Assembly: GCA_030704665.1 (NCBI GenBank)
Contig: JAUYID010000009.1
Location: 458,460-522,459 of the forward strand
Direction of reading: 5' to 3'
DNA length: 64,000 nt
Origin: a bacterium
GTDB lineage: Bacteria; Patescibacteriota; Microgenomatia; Woykebacterales; RBG-16-39-9b
Shown here: piece after piece, positions 1 through 7,967 of the stretch
Numbering within the stretch: the stretch's first letter is position 1
How the letters are laid out: every line of letters starts with the position of its first letter
Translations under genes and position numbers: made by a program
The notes under the pieces: generated by a model
Databases searched by the model: none
What the model was told of the DNA's origin: nothing
Seen by the model: only the letters and a program-made list of their open reading frames with translations

Positions 1-232
1 CTCCGGCCAGTTGCTCCTCCGGATGGCCATGAGTGTGGACTCTGCCCTTGCTATCGCGGTACCAGGAGAAGGCAGCAACGAGCAGAACGAGCAAATAGAA
101 GGACAAGTCCGAGATCACATCAGCCAGTTGGGTGAGAAGGACGAGATTGCTAGAGTTCGCAAACCCGTAAACCTCAATTCCTACGAGACAACTCAGGAGC
201 AAAACTGCGAAGATCATTCGCCAGGTTGTTGA
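1..232 (+). CDS. C-terminal fragment of a hypothetical protein whose ORF is open from the window edge (partial)
   Basis: The reading frame is open from nt 2 and stops at 232. The region is GC-rich. No recognisable motif. Confidence 0.25.
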   Translation, partial: SGQLLLRMAMSVDSALAIAVPGEGSNEQNEQIEGQVRDHISQLGEKDEIARVRKPVNLNSYETTQEQNCEDHSPGC

Positions 233-358
233 GCGGTGAGTATGCACCAAACCCCCTTAGGTAAAGTGCACAAGAAGTGCAACGCTAGCCACTCCGATAT
301 AGAGAACCAGGGTGGCGATGAAAGGTCGAAGGAACATTGCGAACTCCTTTCGTCGGCT

Positions 359-826
359 TTAGGGTGCGAGTTGCCCAACCAAAATCCGGCCGTTTTCACG
401 TTCGGGAACTGGAAGGTCAACATTGATTTTCAGCACTTCTCCACTGGGGCGCGTCACTTTCATGACCGCCTGACGGGAGAGACAGAGATTGGCGAAGCGA
501 ATGACGTCTCGTCTGAAAAAAGTCTCAATGAGAACGAGCCGAGGTATTACAGGGAACCCTTGGTTTTCGAGGTGCATCTCGATTTGTTCTGGATGAGCTT
601 CGTCTCGACGGACAGTGTCCCAGACGTAGTCGCCCTGACCTTGGTTGCGCAGTAAGCGCAGGTGGGGCATCAGGGTTGCGATGGTTGGTTCTCTACCCAC
701 TATGGTCAGGCCTTGTCCAAGTTTCTCTCTTGGGTAAAGGGGTGATCGAACCGTGACTTCGAGAAAGGGAAAGGCTGCCTCAAGAACGACATGGCAGTGT
801 TCTTGTTCGTCTTGACTGATCGGAAG
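359..826 (-). CDS. Hypothetical protein, about 155 aa
   Basis: A GGAGG Shine-Dalgarno sits 6 nt before an internal ATG at 826, inside the longer 359..904 ORF. The protein-like composition starts at MLPISQDEQEHCH.... The plus-strand ORF 236..655 overlaps it and is judged spurious. Confidence 0.4.
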   Translation of the reverse strand, partial: LPISQDEQEHCHVVLEAAFPFLEVTVRSPLYPREKLGQGLTIVGREPTIATLMPHLRLLRNQGQGDYVWDTVRRDEAHPEQIEMHLENQGFPVIPRLVLIETFFRRDVIRFANLCLSRQAVMKVTRPSGEVLKINVDLPVPERENGRILVGQLAP

Positions 827-1304
827 CATAGGTTTCCTCCAGGAAAAAGTTAAGGTGCTAGCTTGATTGATTGGCATTTTACGACTTTTTACAAAGAGAA
901 ACAATTGAGAAGAAAGGGGTGGTCGGGAGACGGCCTGGTTTACAGCAATCCGTCTCCCGTATGGAATCCTGTGAGACTAAGCAGCCGGTACCGCTTCAGG
1001 AGCTCTTGCTCATCTGCAAGGTAGTGGTATTTCACTTATCGACTCTGCGTTGCCCGAGCAGCCCGCTTCATCGTCTCCCACCTATTCTACGCCTCAAGCA
1101 GATGCCTCACCAAGACCAACGGTAAGGATTCGAACCTTACTTAAGCCACTCTCGTGACTTGTCCACAGTTTGAGCCAGTTTCGCTCGCCCCGTCGCTGTT
1201 TCCACGGTTTGGATTATAATTATTTAGTTTGCTTTGTCAAGAAGGCTGAAATTAAAAATTGTGGCATCTCTCTCCCCTCCTCCGTTTGGTGAGATGCCAG
1301 AAGT

Positions 1305-2126
1305 TCAAAAGCCGGCGGTGGCAGAATCGATTGGGTGTTGTTCAGCTCGGCGCCAGAAACCGTGTTCCCCGCTCCGGATCAGCAACAGGTGCGCGAGCAT
1401 TTCGTCTGAGGGCACCATGATGCCAGCGTAAGTGCGACGGTAGTACCCAAAGGGATGCAGACACAGACCAGCCAGGAACTCAGTCTTTTCGACACCGGGC
1501 TCGACCTTTTCTTCTCGGTAAGCAACGGTGGGGCGACCGTGGCGTACCAGGTAGCGAACCGCGCTTTTGCCGATTTCGACAAAAGAGTTGGTCAAGGTAA
1601 GCTGCCGTCGTTGCTCTCGATTCAGGCGGGTGAGAAGCTCTTTGCGCGCTTTTTTCTCGGCGGCAACACTGGCGGTCTTGAGGACAACCTTGTTGGTTCT
1701 CATCAACAGCTCATAGCTGCGATCCCAGCGATGGAGAACGAAATGCACGTACTTTTCCCCGGCACCTTTGTAGACCACAACCATGACCCCTGGTTTGGGG
1801 AACCAAGTGTTGATCCAGAGCCAGAGGTTGTTCTCCTCCTTGAGAGCCATCCAGCGTGCGAAAAACTCATTCCAGAATCGAACACTCATCGCCCCGTAGT
1901 TGAAGTTCCGGCTTTGAACGTCGTCTTCCTGACCCCCGATCACTCCAGGATGTGCGTTGATGTCGAAGACATTCTTTAGCCGTCCTTTGGCGTGTCCCAC
2001 AATCTGGTAGCCTCTGATTCGGCGCGGTGTTCCGTAGCCGTCTGGACCTTCCAGCGCTTGCCTTTGCACTTGCCGCTGGACAAACTCATCAAACGCTCTC
2101 AAGAACTCTTGGGTCGTGGGAGGCAT
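1305..2126 (-). CDS. Hypothetical protein, 273 aa, unknown function. It has a Y-x3-Y motif (GYYRRTY) and an H-rich segment (YVHFVLHRW).
   Basis: This is an 822 nt open frame in a GC-rich segment. Its start lies 4 nt from the stop of the preceding 98 aa gene, which suggests an operon. Promoter and SD sit upstream of the pair. Confidence 0.5.
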   Translation of the reverse strand: MPPTTQEFLRAFDEFVQRQVQRQALEGPDGYGTPRRIRGYQIVGHAKGRLKNVFDINAHPGVIGGQEDDVQSRNFNYGAMSVRFWNEFFARWMALKEENNLWLWINTWFPKPGVMVVVYKGAGEKYVHFVLHRWDRSYELLMRTNKVVLKTASVAAEKKARKELLTRLNREQRRQLTLTNSFVEIGKSAVRYLVRHGRPTVAYREEKVEPGVEKTEFLAGLCLHPFGYYRRTYAGIMVPSDEMLAHLLLIRSGEHGFWRRAEQHPIDSATAGF

Positions 2127-2129
2127 TTT

Positions 2130-2426
2130 TCACCCTCCGGCATTCGGCGGGACGATCTTGATCGAGGCGCCGTTGGCCGGGACGTTGAAAGTCTGGCGCC
2201 CACCACGCTTGAAGCTGTTCTTGCGCACGATGAGCTCGTCTTCAGCCTGATCGTAGCCTTCGACTTTGAAGTCGTCACCGTTGACAGAGATGAAGATTAC
2301 CGCTCCGTCACGACGCTTCTTTTCGATCAGCTCGGCGACTTCGGCTCGATCCTTGTCAGTGTCCGTTTTGATCTTGCGCCGTCGATCTCCTGCCTGAACG
2401 TTCAAACTCTCGACTTCAAGACACAT
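2130..2426 (-). CDS. Hypothetical small protein, 98 aa; first gene of a two-gene operon
   Basis: An AAAGGAG SD lies 7 nt upstream of the ATG. An extended -10 (TGcTAAAAT) sits upstream on the minus strand around 2455-2470. Confidence 0.45.
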   Translation of the reverse strand: MCLEVESLNVQAGDRRRKIKTDTDKDRAEVAELIEKKRRDGAVIFISVNGDDFKVEGYDQAEDELIVRKNSFKRGGRQTFNVPANGASIKIVPPNAGG

Positions 2427-2526
2427 GATCCCTGCTCCTTTTGCAAACCTCTTTTGGAGGTACTATGAACTTGTTAGAAGGGATTTTAGCACAGAAAAGC
2501 TAATTTAAAGAAAAAGGAAGTAAAAA

Positions 2527-2880
2527 AGGGTGAAGGCGACAGGTTCTGATGGGGCTGTCGCCCGGAGAGAACGAACCGTAGTGTCTAGAGCTTGCCCAGT
2601 GCTGCAATCGCGAAGAAAGCAACTTCTTTCTACGGTCTTTTGGCACAGTGGGGTTGGTTCCTACCTGGTTAGCAGGTTTCCGCACCACCGTTCTCAGGAA
2701 GCTTACCTTCAGAGTTGGGCTGCTTACTCTGGCTGGAATGACCAGGCGCTTAGAGCTGCCCCTTCCAGCGCGGACTTCCCTGATGCTCTCAACCAGTTCT
2801 CTCCTTCCTTCAAGCAAGTCAGTTTTCGTTGGCCAGGACTCAATCTAACCAATCTAGCTCTCTCGCCCGAACGATAAGAA
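2527..2880 (-). ncRNA. rnpB: Candidate structured ncRNA of about 350 nt that resembles RNase P RNA, with no long ORF
   Basis: On the minus strand I read GGAAGUCCG (resembling the P4/CR-I core GGAAAGUCCGG), GGGCAG, UAAGCGCCUGG (resembling UAACGCCUGG) and GGUGGUGCGGAAACC. There is a 9-bp long-range complementarity, GGAGAGAAC with GUUCUCUCC. A divergent extended -10 promoter (TGcTATAAT, about 2886-2894, minus strand) sits upstream. A 3' hairpin is followed by UUCACCCUUUUUU. The segment is GC-rich in an AT-richer genome. Confidence 0.3.
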
Positions 2881-2913
2881 AGATTATAGCAGAAGAAGGA
2901 AAATATAGTGTTC

Positions 2914-2942
2914 TTGACAATAAACTATAGGACTAGTATAAT
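2914..2942 (+). promoter_or_regulatory. Sigma70-type promoter TTGACA-17-TATAAT for the LPXTG gene, with a very short leader
   Basis: The -35 and -10 hexamers match consensus exactly with a 17 nt spacer. The ATG at 2954 lies about 5 nt after the predicted start site and has no SD. Confidence 0.6.
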
Positions 2943-2953
2943 AATCAACCAAC

Positions 2954-3571
2954 ATGAGAAAGATACTCATTATAGGTCTATTAGTTATTGCTTTTGCATT
3001 TCTGAACTCCACCTCTGCTCTGGCTAGCAGCAGACACAGTGGTAGACATTTCTCCTATTCAAAAATTGAAAAAAGTGAAACCCGCTCTTGGAACCAAGGG
3101 AAGGCCCAGTCTGATCCAGACGACAACGGCAAAGGTCCGGACCGTTCCAACCTCGGTTTTGATAAACCAGGCTACAGTGGTGGAATAAACGATGATCGTG
3201 ACGGCAACAACGGTTGTGGTAATGACAGCGATCGTGAAGACGACAATGAGGGTTGGTGCGGTCACAAAGCAAAGAAAGATAAAGAAAACAAAGAAGATAA
3301 AAAGGAAAACAAAGCTTGCACTGAAAAAGCAAAGGACAAGCCTGAACCAAAAACCACTTCTGATCCCAAGCCAGAACCAAAGACAGAGCCAAAAACTCCC
3401 AGAACTGAAAAAGGAACTGTACTCTCGGCAACAACTTTGCCAAAGACAGGAATTGTCGAAGATTTATCTTTGCCAGCTCTTTTAGTGGCTGGGTGGGGTT
3501 TGATCGCTGCTGGCCTTGTGCTAATGGCGGCTTCAGTAGTTTACAAAAAAACCTTTTCCAAGAAAGCTTAA
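2954..3571 (+). CDS. LPXTG-motif cell-wall-anchored surface protein (sortase substrate), with a low-complexity D/G/K/P-rich stalk
   Basis: N-terminal signal peptide MRKILIIGLLVIAFAFLNSTSALA. The C-terminus has LPKTG, then a hydrophobic segment, then a YKKTFSKKA basic tail. PEPKT repeats are present. Confidence 0.75.
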   Translation: MRKILIIGLLVIAFAFLNSTSALASSRHSGRHFSYSKIEKSETRSWNQGKAQSDPDDNGKGPDRSNLGFDKPGYSGGINDDRDGNNGCGNDSDREDDNEGWCGHKAKKDKENKEDKKENKACTEKAKDKPEPKTTSDPKPEPKTEPKTPRTEKGTVLSATTLPKTGIVEDLSLPALLVAGWGLIAAGLVLMAASVVYKKTFSKKA

Positions 3572-3587
3572 AGCTAAAAAATTCCAC

Positions 3588-3665
3588 GACAACGCCTGGG
3601 TTTTCGGGTCATTCAAGCTTCGTTGAATGGCCTTTATCCCCAGGCGTTCGTTGTCTCTCCCCTGA
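3588..3665 (+). terminator. Long imperfect hairpin followed by a T-rich tract; putative terminator of the LPXTG gene
   Basis: CGACAACGCCTGGG pairs with CCCAGGCGTTcgTTGTC, and CTGACTTTTTC follows. Confidence 0.4.
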
Positions 3666-3675
3666 CTTTTTCTAT

Positions 3676-4251
3676 TCAAAATCCGGCTGTGGCCAGACTG
3701 TCTAAACCAGCTCTGGTCGATGGGACGAGAGGCATAGTGCTCTGACCGATCAGAGAGGGTACCTCTTCAAGTTGCCGCACGAGACGCATTTTTGGCTTTC
3801 TTCGTGCAGGTTTTTCCGGCTTCTCAGCCTTGAAGGCTCCAAGGACCACAACTTTCTCAACCCAGCGCGGTTCTTGTCGCCTCAGCTCCTCTCCCAGCAG
3901 CGCGGCTTGGTTGTGGCAGAGAAGGTTGAGTTTCTCGCCAAGCTTGGTTGAGAGTTCTCTGACCCGTCTGCGTAGCAAGGACAACTCTGTCGGTCCGTTG
4001 TCCTGGTTGACTGGAAAATCCGAGAAATAAACCCGGAAACCACGTACACTCAGATCCCACCAGAGCAGTTGCAAGGATGAGTCCGAACAGTGCAGGTCAG
4101 GAATGAGCAGAACCGCAGACCCCTTCTCGGAAAGTTGCCGGCGATAAGACTGCTCAAACAAAGCTAGCAGTGCAATTTCAGTCAGAGCTCTGCCTTCCTG
4201 CCAGAGGAAGGGAAGCACAGCCGCCAAACCAAGTCTTTGTGAGCCAATCAT
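3676..4251 (-). CDS. Alpha/beta-hydrolase-fold-like hypothetical protein with a degenerate nucleophile elbow (LLCHNQAALLG in place of G-x-S-x-G)
   Basis: AGGAGG SD before the internal ATG (MIGSQ...). The pattern LLIPDLHCSDSS...RGFRVYFSDFP...LLCHNQAA is reminiscent of the fold. GC-rich. Confidence 0.4.
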   Translation of the reverse strand: MIGSQRLGLAAVLPFLWQEGRALTEIALLALFEQSYRRQLSEKGSAVLLIPDLHCSDSSLQLLWWDLSVRGFRVYFSDFPVNQDNGPTELSLLRRRVRELSTKLGEKLNLLCHNQAALLGEELRRQEPRWVEKVVVLGAFKAEKPEKPARRKPKMRLVRQLEEVPSLIGQSTMPLVPSTRAGLDSLATAGF

Positions 4252-4362
4252 GTCCCCCCTCCTTTCAAGGTGGTTTGCTGCCCGAGACAGGCTTTCAAAA
4301 TGATTATCCTCTCCTCCTTTCTTTCTTGTCAATGGCAAGCAAACAGGTTAAAATGAAAACAA

Positions 4363-4848
4363 ATGCTTCTGTCCATGCTCTGGCCTGCCACACGCTTCAA
4401 GATTTATCTCAAAGTTACTTTGGTTTTGGTGGTCAGTAATTTCCTTTTTTCTTACTTTTATTTTTTAGGTGTTGATACAAATAAAGTTTGGCAGGATCTT
4501 TTCTTGCTGCCCACTCTGGGTCTTCTCATTTTTATAGTTTCTTTGGCGCTGATTTCTCGACCGCACTTGAGTCGATTTCCCGAAAGTTTGATTTTGGCTG
4601 TTCTCCACCAAGATTATTTGGACACGCTTTACCAGATAATTAGAAAGCAAATTTTGCTAGTGAGCTTTCTTTTGCAAATTTTAGTGGCCTTTGTCAATTG
4701 GGGAGCCTTGAGTGGGGTTTTTGCTGACCCTTTGAGCTTTGCTTCTTATCTGCTTTGGGTTTTGGTCGCCGCTGTTTTGGTGAGCACTTTTTACTATGTC
4801 TACCTTTTGTGGAGAGAAGTTTTTCACCATCAGCTTAAAAACAGATAA
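4363..4848 (+). CDS. Multi-pass membrane protein, hypothetical
   Basis: Five hydrophobic helices. A terminator hairpin follows. Confidence 0.5.
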   Translation: MLLSMLWPATRFKIYLKVTLVLVVSNFLFSYFYFLGVDTNKVWQDLFLLPTLGLLIFIVSLALISRPHLSRFPESLILAVLHQDYLDTLYQIIRKQILLVSFLLQILVAFVNWGALSGVFADPLSFASYLLWVLVAAVLVSTFYYVYLLWREVFHHQLKNR

Positions 4849-4856
4849 GAAAAGAA

Positions 4857-4882
4857 AGGGGCCGGCCCGGCCCCATCCTTTT
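4857..4882. terminator. Bidirectional GC-rich hairpin terminator between convergent genes
   Basis: GGGGCCGGCCCGGCCCC then TCCTTTTTT. Confidence 0.6.
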
Positions 4883-5473
4883 TTAGTTCTTCAGAATAGT
4901 TGGAGCTTCAAGTCTCTCTTCGAAAACGCCACAGATTGGGTACCAAATTCGCCAAAGAGTAATTTTCCAATAACCTGAATAAGTAGTTGTTCCAGACCCG
5001 CTCAGATTTACTTTGCCCGTGCCAATAAATTTGATTTGAAGGGAATTACTAGAAACTGAAAGCTCCCCGGCCCCTTTGAAGATTCTCCAGCCTCGGTTGG
5101 TGTGGGCTTCCCGGAAGCCCTTCTTCGAGATGATCTGTTTGCTTCCTTTCTTGATTAGAACAATCCCCTTTCCTTTGAGGCTGACGGTAGCGTTGTTCAA
5201 GCTAGAAAAGATTGTCCCTTTGCCAAAGGCTTGTTGTCGACTCTGTCCGGTGATTGTCACTGGACTAGACGGTTTTGCTAGGTAGTCTTCTACTTGAGGT
5301 AGAGGGGCAAAAAGACATGGACGAGGCAGCAGAATTGGCTGTGGCAGAGGTAAAGGCAGGGGTTCTGGAATTGGTAAGGGGCCAGGAGCAAAGCTCAGCG
5401 CAGGAGTTGCTGCGTAAGCCCCAGTTGGAAGAAAAACCAACAAGGCAGTACTGACTAAAATTTTCTTGAACAT
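4883..5473 (-). CDS. Secreted hypothetical protein with a signal peptide and a Pro-rich linker
   Basis: MFKKILVSTALLVFLPTGAYA signal, then a PLPIPEPLPLPLPQP linker. Confidence 0.5.
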   Translation of the reverse strand: MFKKILVSTALLVFLPTGAYAATPALSFAPGPLPIPEPLPLPLPQPILLPRPCLFAPLPQVEDYLAKPSSPVTITGQSRQQAFGKGTIFSSLNNATVSLKGKGIVLIKKGSKQIISKKGFREAHTNRGWRIFKGAGELSVSSNSLQIKFIGTGKVNLSGSGTTTYSGYWKITLWRIWYPICGVFEERLEAPTILKN

Positions 5474-5560
5474 CTTTGTAAAAAGTCACCCCCTTGCTTG
5501 TTATTTGATTAGACGGCTCGGGCTTAATTCTGTTACAAAGATTTTTTTCTGGTTTAATTC

Positions 5561-6244
5561 TTAGTTTGGATTTAAAGTATCTGGAGAGTTGTTTCCCTGA
5601 GGAGTTTCCGGCTCTTGGCTGATCGTTTGGCGGATTTCAACCTTGAGTTGCTCCAAGGAATTGATGATACTGACCACTTCTTTTTGGTCTTCGGGTCGTA
5701 GGGACGCCTGAATAGTGGTGAGGTCTTTTTGGTTTTGCGTCAGAGAAGACGGTAGTTTTTTTAGAGCTGAAGCAATTTCAGGATCGTCCTTGGACTTACT
5801 TTTCGCGCTAGCCAACTCAGTACTGACTTTGGAAACTGATTTTTTTACTTCGGTCAGAGCCGCGCCAACAGCCGTATTTTTGACTACAACTGTTTTTTTC
5901 AGCTCTTCGATACGTTTGGAAGTAAGGTTCTGTTCGAGCTGGACTTTGCCTTGACTATCAGAAGAACGCAAAGCGAGGTCTTCATAGCTACGTTTCATGT
6001 GATAGAGACTGTCTCCCGGCAAAGATTGAGCGGAAAAATAAGCAGTTGTCAGAAGCAAAGTAAGGACGAAACTTCCCACCAAGCTCAAGCGGAAACTCCA
6101 GTGAAAGCGTGGGTAAATATAGTCTTCTTTTTCGAAACGAGAAGAGATGATCGTACGCAAACCAGACTTCCACGCTGGGTTTGGTTGTAAACCTTTGAAT
6201 TTCAAAAGTCGCTCTTCGATTTTTTCTAAACTTTCTACTTTCAT
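5561..6244 (-). CDS. Membrane-anchored anti-sigma factor (DUF5667-like), coupled to the ECF sigma factor
   Basis: ATGA overlap with the upstream sigma gene. Single transmembrane helix. C-terminal coiled-coil. Confidence 0.55.
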   Translation of the reverse strand: MKVESLEKIEERLLKFKGLQPNPAWKSGLRTIISSRFEKEDYIYPRFHWSFRLSLVGSFVLTLLLTTAYFSAQSLPGDSLYHMKRSYEDLALRSSDSQGKVQLEQNLTSKRIEELKKTVVVKNTAVGAALTEVKKSVSKVSTELASAKSKSKDDPEIASALKKLPSSLTQNQKDLTTIQASLRPEDQKEVVSIINSLEQLKVEIRQTISQEPETPQGNNSPDTLNPN

Positions 6245-6786
6245 AAATTAAGGGCTTTTTTCAGTTTTTTTAGGGCCCGAAACTTAAGGATTCTTAGAGA
6301 GCCCTCGGACCGGCCCAAAATCTTGCCAATTTCTTTGAAACTGTAATCTTCGATATTGCTGAGAACAAGAACTTGTCGTTCTTCTTCTGGAAGTTTGTTG
6401 ATTTCGACCAAAGTTGCTTTCAGTAAGTCCTTGTTTTCAAAGTCCTCGGTGTGGTCGAGACCTTCGAAGTCCTCAAACAAGGTCGATTCAGTGAGGCGAT
6501 CCTTGTTGCGGTAGTGGTCGATGATCAAGTTGCGCGCAATGGCAAAAAGCCAAGAGACAAAGCTAGACTTTTTTTTGAACGTGCCAAGTTTCTCAAAAGC
6601 CTTGAGAAAAATAGTTTGGGTCAGATCTTCGGCGGTTTTCCGATCTCCCACTTTGAAATAAGTAAAGCGGTAGATCTGGTCCACAAAATTGTCATAAAGT
6701 TTTCCGAAGGCTTCTGTTCTCCCATTTTGGGCAGCTGCAACCAAGTTCTCGACAGAATGCTCGGTCTTATTTCGGTTGAAGAGCAT
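6241..6786 (-). CDS. ECF-type RNA polymerase sigma-70 family factor
   Basis: Region 2 motifs LVAAAQNGRTEAFGKLYDNFVDQIYRFTYFKV...DLTQTIFLKAFEKL. Region 4 motif LPEEERQVLVLSNIEDYSFKEIGKILGRSEGSLRI. Confidence 0.8.
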   Translation of the reverse strand: MLFNRNKTEHSVENLVAAAQNGRTEAFGKLYDNFVDQIYRFTYFKVGDRKTAEDLTQTIFLKAFEKLGTFKKKSSFVSWLFAIARNLIIDHYRNKDRLTESTLFEDFEGLDHTEDFENKDLLKATLVEINKLPEEERQVLVLSNIEDYSFKEIGKILGRSEGSLRILKFRALKKLKKALNL

Positions 6787-6955
6787 AGAGCTATTGTAGC
6801 GCGTCCTGCAACCCTTGTTTCTGCAGCTATAAAGTATTGACGAGATTGTGGGTGAGTTGTTACAGGAAAGCGGACGAGAGTTTAAAAGGTTGTTTCTCCC
6901 GCCGCCTCGTTTACCGGTGAGGTGAACGATTTTTGGCGGCGGGAGTCTTCTCTCT

Positions 6956-7297
6956 TCAGACGAAACATCTGATCGCGGCAGCACTGCTTGTCACAAAGAA
7001 GAGCAGCACGACTGCGAAGGCGTCGAAGAGAGCACAGAGCAGCAAAAGGCCTACCGTGGTCTCATTGGTTCTGCGGTAGATCTTGGCGTTGTCTGTTTTG
7101 CGCAATACTGCCTCGAGTGCGTAGGTTGCGCCAATCCCAACCACGACCGCAGTGAGGATGAGGCTGACTTCGGCGACGAACCCAAGGTTGTCTACCCTTA
7201 GATCAGCCGATATGATGGCCAGCGCCCAAGCACCGAGAACGAGAGCGACGGTGCTGGCTAGAACGGCTCTCAAGGTTATATTTGAGAGAGTGGTCAT
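6956..7297 (-). CDS. Small integral membrane protein, 113 aa, three transmembrane helices
   Basis: Last gene of a four-gene minus-strand cluster of small membrane proteins. GC-rich. Confidence 0.45.
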   Translation of the reverse strand: MTTLSNITLRAVLASTVALVLGAWALAIISADLRVDNLGFVAEVSLILTAVVVGIGATYALEAVLRKTDNAKIYRRTNETTVGLLLLCALFDAFAVVLLFFVTSSAAAIRCFV

Positions 7298-7313
7298 TTG
7301 CCTTCTCCTTTAC

Positions 7314-7637
7314 TTACAGAGACCAAACTCCAACTAGGAGCAACAGCTCTAGGACGAAAAAGAGTGCTCCGAAACACAAAGTAAGGGCCGTGGTGTCGTC
7401 GTTTATGCCCTTTTCTCTGTCAGAGAGGTAGTCCCTTTCGGGAAGATTCCAAGCGACAACCAAGGCGACCACGCCAACAAGGACGGAAATCACCCAGGCG
7501 AGGACAAAGCTGGTGTCTGGATCGAATCTCACCTTTGCCAAGAATGCCCAGTCGAAGAGAGCGAAGACTGGAGCCGAGAAAGCAATCCAGCGAATCCAGC
7601 GGGTCCGGGTGTAATGACTGTTGTCTATCTTCGACAC
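7314..7637 (-). CDS. Small integral membrane protein, about 107 aa, GTG start
   Basis: An AGGAGAG SD precedes a GTG at 7637. Confidence 0.4.
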   Translation of the reverse strand: MSKIDNSHYTRTRWIRWIAFSAPVFALFDWAFLAKVRFDPDTSFVLAWVISVLVGVVALVVAWNLPERDYLSDREKGINDDTTALTLCFGALFFVLELLLLVGVWSL

Positions 7638-7651
7638 CGGTTCTCTCCTTC

Positions 7652-7756
7652 TTATCGTCTGTCGAACAGAATCGTCGCCAGTGCCATCACAACGAGGACG
7701 GTCAGTACGACGACCCAAACTGTTAGGTCATTTGGAAGGACTGAAAGTAGTTCCAT
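7652..7756 (-). CDS. 34-aa hydrophobic micro-protein (MELLSVLPNDLTVWVVVLTVLVVMALATILFDRR)
   Basis: Single transmembrane helix in tight series with the neighbouring small membrane ORFs. Below the size cutoff of the ORF track. Confidence 0.3.
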   Translation of the reverse strand: MELLSVLPNDLTVWVVVLTVLVVMALATILFDRR

Positions 7757-7767
7757 TGTCAGTTCTC

Positions 7768-7887
7768 TCACCTTCTGCGCAGTCCGGAAATGATTGCGCC
7801 CAGGCCGAGAGCGACAAGGATGCCTCCCAGCACCCAGATTGTGCCTGAGTTGGCGACCTCGTTGGCGGCAAGAAACGTTTCAAGCAT
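7768..7887 (-). CDS. 39-aa hydrophobic micro-protein (MLETFLAANEVANSGTIWVLGGILVALGLGAIISGLRRR)
   Basis: A strong AAGGAGG SD lies 6 nt upstream. First gene of the small-membrane-protein cluster. Confidence 0.35.
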   Translation of the reverse strand: MLETFLAANEVANSGTIWVLGGILVALGLGAIISGLRRR

Positions 7888-7967
7888 GATCTGCCTCCTT
7901 GATCGCTACCATTATATTACTCAGAGTAAAGATTTACATTGTCGAAGAGAAGTTTTAAACTTGGTTT

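Noticed and set aside
236-655. 139 aa plus-strand ORF
   Set aside because: It lies antisense to the 359..826 gene, which has a proper SD. The GC-rich DNA keeps several frames open. No start signal.
1090-1200. tRNA or tmRNA on the minus strand, suggested by a perfect GTAAGG-TTCGAAT-CCTTAC T-arm
   Set aside because: No complementary 5' acceptor strand, D-arm or anticodon arm could be folded. No CCA or tag-peptide frame.
1455-1979. 174 aa plus-strand ORF
   Set aside because: It is fully antisense inside the 273 aa minus-strand gene. Typical shadow ORF in GC-rich DNA.
1-2900. Interpretation as a 23S rRNA gene interrupted by an ORF-bearing intron
   Set aside because: Short matches to 23S motifs occur in the wrong order. 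No sarcin-ricin loop or peptidyl-transferase-centre block is intact. The 273 aa protein has no intact LAGLIDADG, GIY-YIG or HNH motif.
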